Translations under genes and position numbers: made by a program
DNA from: Eledone cirrhosa
Lineage: Eukaryota
Direction of reading: 5' to 3'
Assembly: GCA_964016885.1 (NCBI GenBank)
Contig: OZ024748.1
Location: 35,774,001-35,838,000, forward strand
Length of the DNA stretch: 64,000 nucleotides
Part shown: piece by piece, positions 55,984-64,000 of the stretch
Numbering within the stretch: position 1 is the first letter of the stretch
Layout: each line of letters opens with the position of its first letter
Notes under the pieces: model-generated
What the model was told of the DNA's origin: nothing
What the model saw: the letters and a program-made list of their open reading frames with translations, nothing else
The model's database searches: none

Positions 55984-55988
<5 letters not shown>
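55548..55988. repeat. 26 bp minisatellite
   Basis: TAAACGTATGTATACATATACACACA, ~17 copies. Confidence 0.95.
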
Positions 55989-56038
<50 letters not shown>

Positions 56039-56128
56039 GTCAGAGATTACAAAAGTTCGTGTCCGACTTTTCATGTTTTCCATTGTTAAGAACAAACTCA
56101 CTGTTGTACAAATACAACTGGAATAGTG

Positions 56129-56201
<73 letters not shown>

Positions 56202-59200
56202 CTAGCAGTTTAGCCCGGCGTGTCTCGGGTTTATTCATTTGCTATGAAAAGTTACATACAGGTAAACGTGGCTTGAAAGCGAATAAGCTTATCAATTAAG
56301 TGCATAAAGCAGTTGAACTGGTTATTAAAAGTTACGAACCAATTAGCATTTTGGACAATCAATGATGGGTTAATAATCTTCCAATAGCGAATTTAGCAGA
56401 CCAGGAAATAGTTTTCCAGACGGCATAGCTCCAACAACCTCCAACACCTGCACCAACATCTATAGCACCTATTTGTAGACGATATTGCGTGTCATCCCTT
56501 GAGGAGTGTAAGCAAAAAGTGCATTCCTGCTCCCTACGTGGGGACAGGCAACATAAAGTTGACCATGGGAGAAGTATGGCTCCCCCAAATGGATGCCCGC
56601 CACCGATAATGTTTGCCCTTGTGACTTGTTAATGGACATGGCAAAACATGGTCTAATCGGGGATTGGGATCGCCGGAAATCGAACGGGATATCTGACGCC
56701 GAGAGGAAAAGGTTCATCCTTGGAATGAAAACATTCTCTCCTCTCCCGCACCCCGTTACAATGGTGACCTCAATCAAGTGGGGCGTCATTGACTTGACGA
56801 CCATGCGAGTACCGTTGCACTGCTTTGGTGGGCGCAAGTTCCTTATTGGTATAATGAGACAGCCAACCCTAAGCTTAAGAATGTAAGGTGGGAGCCCTGG
56901 AGGCTCAAGGGAATTTAATAACTCAACCGGATAATTAACGATATCGTCTGGGTCTGACGTCCGGTCGATAGATTTGAAGATGGCTCTTTACCGGGAATTT
57001 TCTCAATCAGCTGCTCGTTAATAAAATTAACCACGGCATTTTTCGGAGCAAGGATGGCTCTTTCGCTGAGCAAATCGAAGTTTTTAAAGTTAGATGAGAC
57101 ATTAGGAAAAACTGCCTCCCAAAGGTCAGAAGGGCTGCTCACAATGTTGCACAGGGAGTCGATTGCTATGCCACCCTTGTCATCCGCAGGGACCTTGCCC
57201 TCACCAAGTGCTAAAATGTTCTGAGCAAATGCTGCATACATGTTGTCACCATGCAAATGAGCACGCATATTTGTGCTCAGGTAAAAACGCTTCACCTGGG
57301 ACACAACGTGGACGACTTAAGGCAGGCACGCACTTCATCAGCTCTTGTCCTTTTGGGGATGACAGGCAGCGTTTGCCGAAAATCCCCTGACAGCAGAAGG
57401 GTTACGCCACCTATAGGAGCCGTAGAATCCCTAATGTCTTTCAGGGTCTTGTCCAATGCCTCAAGGGCACCCTTGTGTGCCATTGTGCACTCATCCCAAA
57501 CAACGAGGCAACATTCTTTGAGAACCAGAGCTTCGTGTAAGCTCTTGCCGATATTGCATGTTGGTGTCTCAGTTTTTACCAAATCCAAGAGGAGTTTAAA
57601 GGTTAAATGTGCTATCCTGCCTCTCGACAGCAAAGTAGCAGCGATCCCGGACGATGCAACGGCCAACGCAAATTTTTTCTCCTGACGAATCTTAGCGGGA
57701 ATCAATTTTGTTACAAAAGTTTTTCCGGTACCCCCAGGAACATCGAGAAAGTAAATACCTCCAGTCTGATTTTGAACCGCGTCAATGATAGTTAAATAGG
57801 CCAACCTTTGGTCCGACAGACGTTTGGGCTCATTTTCCTCTAAGTATTGGGAAAGAAATTCGATGTCATATGCTGTTTCCCGCAACAAATCCGGGGCCAA
57901 CGTGTTTGCTTCATCTGTGACGGTTGACGGAAAGCCATACGTCGCCAATTCACTCCCACCCATGTCGAGGAGGGCGTCCTCGATGTCAATGAGTGCCCTG
58001 TGGTAGATAATGCCGTTGTAAGAAACTTCCACTGAAGGATACTGCAGATGAGCCAGGCGGAGGAAATCCTCAGACATGAAGTCTCTGTACTTGACCGATA
58101 AAGATTTGGGATCACCCAATTCACACTTTTGAAGCAAAATGGCAAAGAGTTCCCATAGACCTTTAGGTGATTTCAACAAAGACCCTCTGCTAAAGTGGAA
58201 TCCCATTGCTAATTATCTTCCAAAAGACCACGCTTAAAGCAGGCTTCCCGGTACGTATCACATATTTCTCCATCAACAGTTTTGAGGTCCTGAAAACTTT
58301 GTGGGCCTACAACTTCATGCAGAAGAAGGCGGAGATGAAAGCACTCATGCTGACTTGGGGGCACAGTGTAAACCCTTCCAAGACAGCTGTCAAATTTTAC
58401 ACCAGGATGTCTTTCAACAGCCTGACCTGACTTTCTTCACACCCAAGTGTTTTTCGACCATATAAAGTCGGATGGAACCTGGGGGTACACAATTGTTTGC
58501 GAAAATGTATCGAACTGGCAAAGTTTGAAGAAACCTGTCAGAGTGGTCTCTTTCGGATCGGCGGCCAGCTTCGCGGCGGTTTGGTCCGTAAAGTAAACTC
58601 TTTGCCCATTTTCCAAATGTACCGCAAGCTGTACGATGGCGGGGTGCCGTTGGTGTAGGGGGAAACCAAATAGGCGCCAAAAAGCTTAATTGCTACTGAT
58701 GTACCGCCCCACCAGGTATTCTGTGACCCCATCAGAGCCCTTATTTACATATTTGCATATGTATTTTATAGACTTGACGGAGTTGTAAAACTTAACGTTG
58801 ACGTGGGCGTTTAAGATCTTCAAGAGAAGCGAGCAGTGAGGGACCACCCATCTATTGTCGACTTGACCTCCCTTTACTGTTGTGGTGAAGCCACCGTTCT
58901 CTGGCCGTCTCCGCCTGTACAGGGGGTACCCATCGCCACCAGTCTGAGTCTCGTCAACAAATTTGTTGGGGTATCCCTTACTGCACGACCCGCCTTTCAC
59001 ACACGTGTGATGCCCATTAGGACCCGACGCACACGGACCATGTTAGCTTTGACGATGTCATGTAATTCCTGGTCAGTTGCTGGGTTAGGGATTTCAGCCG
59101 AAATGAAGCTGTCTATGGCATTTTAATTGATTTTATCAGCTAACCAAATCAAAATGTGAGCATGTGGCAGCCCTCGTTTTTGCCATTCGACGGTGAACAT

Positions 59201-60573
59201 GTCACATTTTACAGCCCCAAATACCTGACCTTTTTGATTAAAGCCATGAGTTTAGCCAGTTTCAGTCTGAACAGTCTGGCAATTAGGTCATGTCTGTTCG
59301 AATAATTTTGCCCAGGAAAAAGTTCAGGGGTTACATTCCGATTCATATGTCTATAGCATTAATCTGTTATATGAAGTGTTATTTTGCGGGTTGTTATTTG
59401 CAATAAGCCGATTGAAAATGCCCCAGATAAGCCGTATGGTAATACGGAACGCTCAATACGGAACGCTCCACTGCAGTGTTGTCATATAGGGAGTGAAGAG
59501 CGACAGAGAGAGTAAAACAGTTAAATTATAGAGAGGGGGAATATACGGAACGCTCCATTTGATCATATACATTGTTTCTCTCTCCGCAGTGTTGTCATAT
59601 AGGGAGTGAAGAGAGACAGAGAGAGTAAAGCAGTTAAATTATAGAGGGGAGAATATACGGAACGCTCCATTTGATCATATACATTGTTTCTCTCTCTGCA
59701 GTGTTGTCATATAGGGAGTGAAGAGAGACAGAGAGTAAAGCAGTTAAATTATAGAGAGGGGAATATACAGAACGCTCCATTTGATCATATACATTGTTTC
59801 TCTCTCTGCAGTGTTGTCATATAGGGAGTGAAGAGCGACAGAGAGAGTAAAGCAGTTAAATTATAGAGAGGTCGTTATTGTTACGTTTGTTGTTTTATAA
59901 ATTCATCGGTTGCTTTTGAATATTTGTTATTTGATGTAAAATGTAACGTTGAGAGAGCAGTATGTATTTAGTGCTATCGGCTTTTTAAATTTTGATATTT
60001 GATGTATGAATATGAATGTCGTTATGACTGTAGAGAGGGGGAATAATCTATTGTAGAGAGAGGGAAGAGCGACGGAGAGAGTAAATGGTTGTTGTGTTGC
60101 TTAGGTTTCAAAGTTTGTGTCGCGTTCCTTCAAAAGAAGTTTTGTTGTTCTAAACTGTAAAGGGTAGTAGACGGAGGCAGTAACCTTTTAAAGAGAGTTG
60201 CAGAGGAGATTGAGGGGGAGTAGAGAGAGTGATGACCTTTTAAAGAGAGTTTCAGAGGAGATTGAGAGTGGAGTAGAGGAAAATATGAACCTTTTAAAGA
60301 GAGTTGCAACATGTATGTAGTTTCATATATTTTTGATGGTAGTAGTGAGAGGAATGAAGCGTGTAAGAGAGAGGGTTACAGCATGTATTAAGTTTTATCG
60401 ATTTTTTTTCATAGAAGCAGGTAATCTTTGGGGAAAATAATTACGCGTTGACCTGTCCTGGTGAATTTGGAGCACATTGGAGAAAAATCATCAAAATCGG
60501 TAGAGAAATGTGGAAATGCATAAAAATCATACACACACACAGACAGACATCTACCATTTTATATATAGAGAGA
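56202..60573 (-). mobile_element. Helitron with both termini, internally deleted and decayed RepHel
   Basis: 5' A|TCTCTCTATATATAAAA at 60573; 3' hairpin + CTAG|T at 56202; ~118 bp internal tandem repeat at 59455-59870. Confidence 0.92.
56469..59330 (-). pseudogene. Helitron Rep/PIF1-like helicase
   Basis: Rep motifs VEWQKRGLPHAHILIWL and KYICKYVNKG; helicase PGGTGKTF, WDECTM, GDFRQTLPV, LSTNMR, AMSINKSQGQTL, FSHGQLYVA. Confidence 0.93.
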
Positions 60574-60943
60574 TATACAACTGGAATGGTGTTAGTTCTG
60601 TTAGAGGTTAGGTTTCTGTTAGTTTTTGTATGTATTTGTGTTTGTACATTTGTATGCATGTATGTTCGCATGTGTGTATATATATATATGTATATATATG
60701 TATATATATGTATGTATGTATATATATGTATGTATATGTATGTATGTATATATATGTATGTACATATATATATGTATGTATATGTATGTATGTATGTATA
60801 TGTATGTATGTATATGTATGTATGTATATGTATGTATATATATAAGTTTTACCACTAACTCTATCTCTAGTCTAGTTTCCTTATTGATTCCATTTTAATC
60901 GCCCTTTTCAACAACAACAACAACAACAACAACGACGAATATA

Positions 60944-61308
60944 ATAATTGTTTCTACTTTTTGGCACAAGGCCAGCAAGTACCCAGTGCATTACTGGTAC
61001 TTTATTTTATCGACCCCGTAAGGATGAAAGGCAAAGTTGACCTCGGCGGGATTTGAACTCAGAATGGAAAGGGCCGTAACTCTATGCGTCAAAAATGGTT
61101 TCTGATTCAGGCGCAAGGCCCACAATTTTGGAGGAGGGGAACGTCGATGAACTCGACCCCAGTGCGTTGCTGGTACTTTATTTTATCGACCCCTTACGGA
61201 TGAAAGGCAAAGCGAACCTCGGCGGGATTTGAACTCAGAACGTAAAGGGCCACGACTCCAATTCACTAACCATGTTGTCCGACGCTCTACCGATTCTGCC
61301 AATCCACC
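60944..61308 (-). mobile_element. Two tandem tRNA-derived SINEs
   Basis: Central SINE domain at ~60995 and ~61172; the copy at 60944-61092 lacks its head. Confidence 0.88.
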
Positions 61309-61631
61309 AATAATAATGATGATGATGATGATGATGATAACAACAACAACAACAACTGTTTTTTTTATTATTATTACGGAAAGGGTCACGGTTAAGAGGT
61401 CATTACATGAAGAATTAATTAGCAGCTTTTGGAGAAGGAGAGAGGCAGAGAAAGCATTATTGAGAGTAAAGAATTATAATCTCATATCACACAATGTTTT
61501 ACGACATTATAATGGAACTAATACATTAAATATCGTCTCTATGGATGATATCGATTTAGTCCTGCTTAGAAACAAACTTTGCGGTGTTTGCGGTAATATG
61601 CTCTTTCAAATAGGTCCACTACACTATAACG

Positions 61632-61638
61632 GTTGGTG

Positions 61639-61670
<32 letters not shown>

Positions 61671-61869
61671 GGTGGTGGTGGTGTTGTTGGTGGTGGTGTT
61701 GTTGGTGGTGTTGTTGTTGTTGGTGGTGGTGTTGGTGGTGGTGGTGGTGTTGTTGTTGTTAGTGGTGGTGGTGGTGTTGTTGGTGGTGGTATTGTTGGTG
61801 GTGTTGTTGTTGTTGGTGGTGGTGCTGTTGGTGGTGTTGTTGTTGTTGGTGTTGGTGGTGGTGTTGTTG

Positions 61870-61901
<32 letters not shown>

Positions 61902-62650
61902 GGTGGTGGTGGTGGTGGTGGTGGTGGTGGTGGTGGTGGTGGTGGTGGTGTTGTTGGTGGTGGTGGTATTGTTGTTGGTGGTGTTGTTGGTGGTGTTGTT
62001 GTTGTTGTTGGTGGTGGTGTTGGTGGTGGTGGTGGTGTTGTTGTTGTTGGTGGCGGTGGTGGTGGTGTTGGTGGTGGTGGTGTTGTTGTTGTTGGGGGTG
62101 GTGTTGGTGGTGGTGTTGTTGTTGTTGTTAGTGGTGGTGGTGGTGGTGTTGTTGGTGGTGTTGTCATTGTTGTTGTTGGTGGTGGTGGTGTTGTTGGTGG
62201 TGTTGTCGTTGTTGTTGTTGTTGGCGGTGGTGGTGTTGTCGTTGTTGTTGTTGTTGGTGGTGGTGTAGTTGGTGGTGTTGTTGTTGTTGTTGGCGGTGGT
62301 GGTGGTGTTGTTGTTGTTGTTGGTGGTGGTGGTGTTGTTGGTGTTGTTGTTGTTGTTGGTGGTGTTGGTGGTGGTGTTGTTGGTGGTGGTGTTGTTGTTG
62401 TTGTTGTTATTGGCGGTGGTGGTGGTGGTGGTGTTGTTGTTGTTGGTGGTGGTGTTGTTCGTTGTATTGTTGTTGTTGGCGGTGGTGGCGGTGGTGGTGG
62501 TGTTGGTGGTGTTGTTGTTGTTATTGATGTTGTTGGTGGTATTGTTGTTGCTGCTGCTGCTGCTGTTGTTATTATTGTTGTTGGGTTTTGTTAAAGTTAC
62601 TGCTGCTGTTATTATTGTTATTGTTATTGTTGTTGTTGTTGTTATTGTTG
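61632..62650. repeat. (GTT)n/(GGT)n compound microsatellite
   Basis: Direct inspection. Confidence 0.93.
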
Positions 62651-63444
62651 CTGTTTCATCCGATGTCATTCCTGACCGCGGGGACACGTTCTCAAACCCA
62701 TTCTACATTGTTTAATCTGTTCTTCCAATTTACAGACGTTAGACCGTGATAGAAGTAAGGTGGTTTCTATTTCTAGCAGACAGAGTGACCAGGTAAAAGG
62801 CTCCTTCATTTACCTCCAACAAATTGTGAAACTATGTCGACCTTTATTTAAAAAAGGTGAACGATAAATATAAGTTAAGAAACAGTTTGATCTGTGAATG
62901 GAAGACGTACGTACAGAACAGACAACTGAACAACTGCTCCAAGGCACCCTACGTAGTTCGATATTTTGATAAAGTAAATGGTAATCAATACTAGGTCAGG
63001 TGATTGTGTTAAGTAGATTGAGAGTGTTAACAGTGAAGATATCAACATCAACAGTTATTGAAGTAAATCATATTTTAGTTTGGAGAACACGATTGATGGG
63101 TCTGTCAGTTGGCGTTAATCTAGGAAAGCGTGCCTCTACGTCTGAGCGTGTGTATGTGTGTGAGTGAGTGGGTGTGTGTGTGAGAGAGAGAGTGTGTGTG
63201 TGTGTGTATGAGAGTATATATGTGCGTGTGCGTGTGTGAGTGAGTGGGTGTGTGTGTGAGAGAGAGTGTGTGTGTGTGTGTGTATGAGAGTATATATGTG
63301 TGTGTGTGTGTGAGAGTATCTATGTGTGAGTGTGTGTGTGTCTGACTATATGTGTGCGTGTGTGTTTCCTCGCGTGTCCCTCATTATATGCCTGATTAAA
63401 GATGGCGAGAAACGGTGCTTTTATGGCATAAATAACACACACAC

Positions 63445-63489
<45 letters not shown>

Positions 63490-63565
63490 CACACACACGC
63501 ATATAGAGGTATACATGAAGACATATATAAATATATAACACGTTTATATACAATAAACATATGCG

Positions 63566-63605
<40 letters not shown>

Positions 63606-64000
63606 GAGTGTGTGTGTCTGTGTGTCTGTGTATGTGTATATATAGGAGAGGGTGAAACATTTAAGTACGTTTCTTATCAGGCGAGGTGTAATTCAGATTG
63701 TCCATTATTGGCGGTGTTTAGATTCAGAATCACTCAAGTGAACATAAAGAGGATAAAATGGTGCTGAAAGTAACATGAAAGTCGCCATTTTCCTCTAATT
63801 ATTTAACAGAAATACAGAGAAGTTTCAATGGAAATCAATTTAATACGTTATAATATGTTATATGTTATTATAGGTTATGATGCGTTAAGAAGTGTAATAA
63901 TCAAGTAAATATTTTAGATATAAAGTTAAACCAATCGACATCTCTTTTAACCACAGCAAAACTTCAGTATAAGCAGTATTGACAGAGTTGTTAGAACGTT

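Noticed and set aside
61566-62687. 373 aa N/T-rich ORF with protein-like ends
   Set aside because: Over 85% microsatellite, weak splice context, no recognisable domain.

Overview
AT-rich, microsatellite-saturated eukaryotic (metazoan) DNA. The repeat repertoire suggests a cephalopod such as Octopus, which is an inference. Almost all ORF-track entries are microsatellite artefacts. Recognisable content: a near full-length decayed Penelope-like element (PLE; RT + GIY-YIG, 26.6-31.7 kb), a second PLE family without a ribozyme (7-9.4 kb and 48.7-51 kb), a Tx1/L1-clade LINE, RTE and CRE-like LINE fragments, a Helitron with both termini (56.2-60.6 kb), a hAT-like relic, about 10 tRNA-derived SINEs and several minisatellites. 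The main signal lies between the (TA)n tracts: about 27 type I hammerhead ribozyme (HHR) motifs read by eye, in about 12 apparently distinct short-element families. They include retrozyme-like tandem units, family-fixed non-canonical catalytic cores (U3-A8 covariant; U4A) and fold-back inversions whose junctions repeatedly fall at the ribozyme. A possible minus-strand host gene is suggested only by weak exon candidates.
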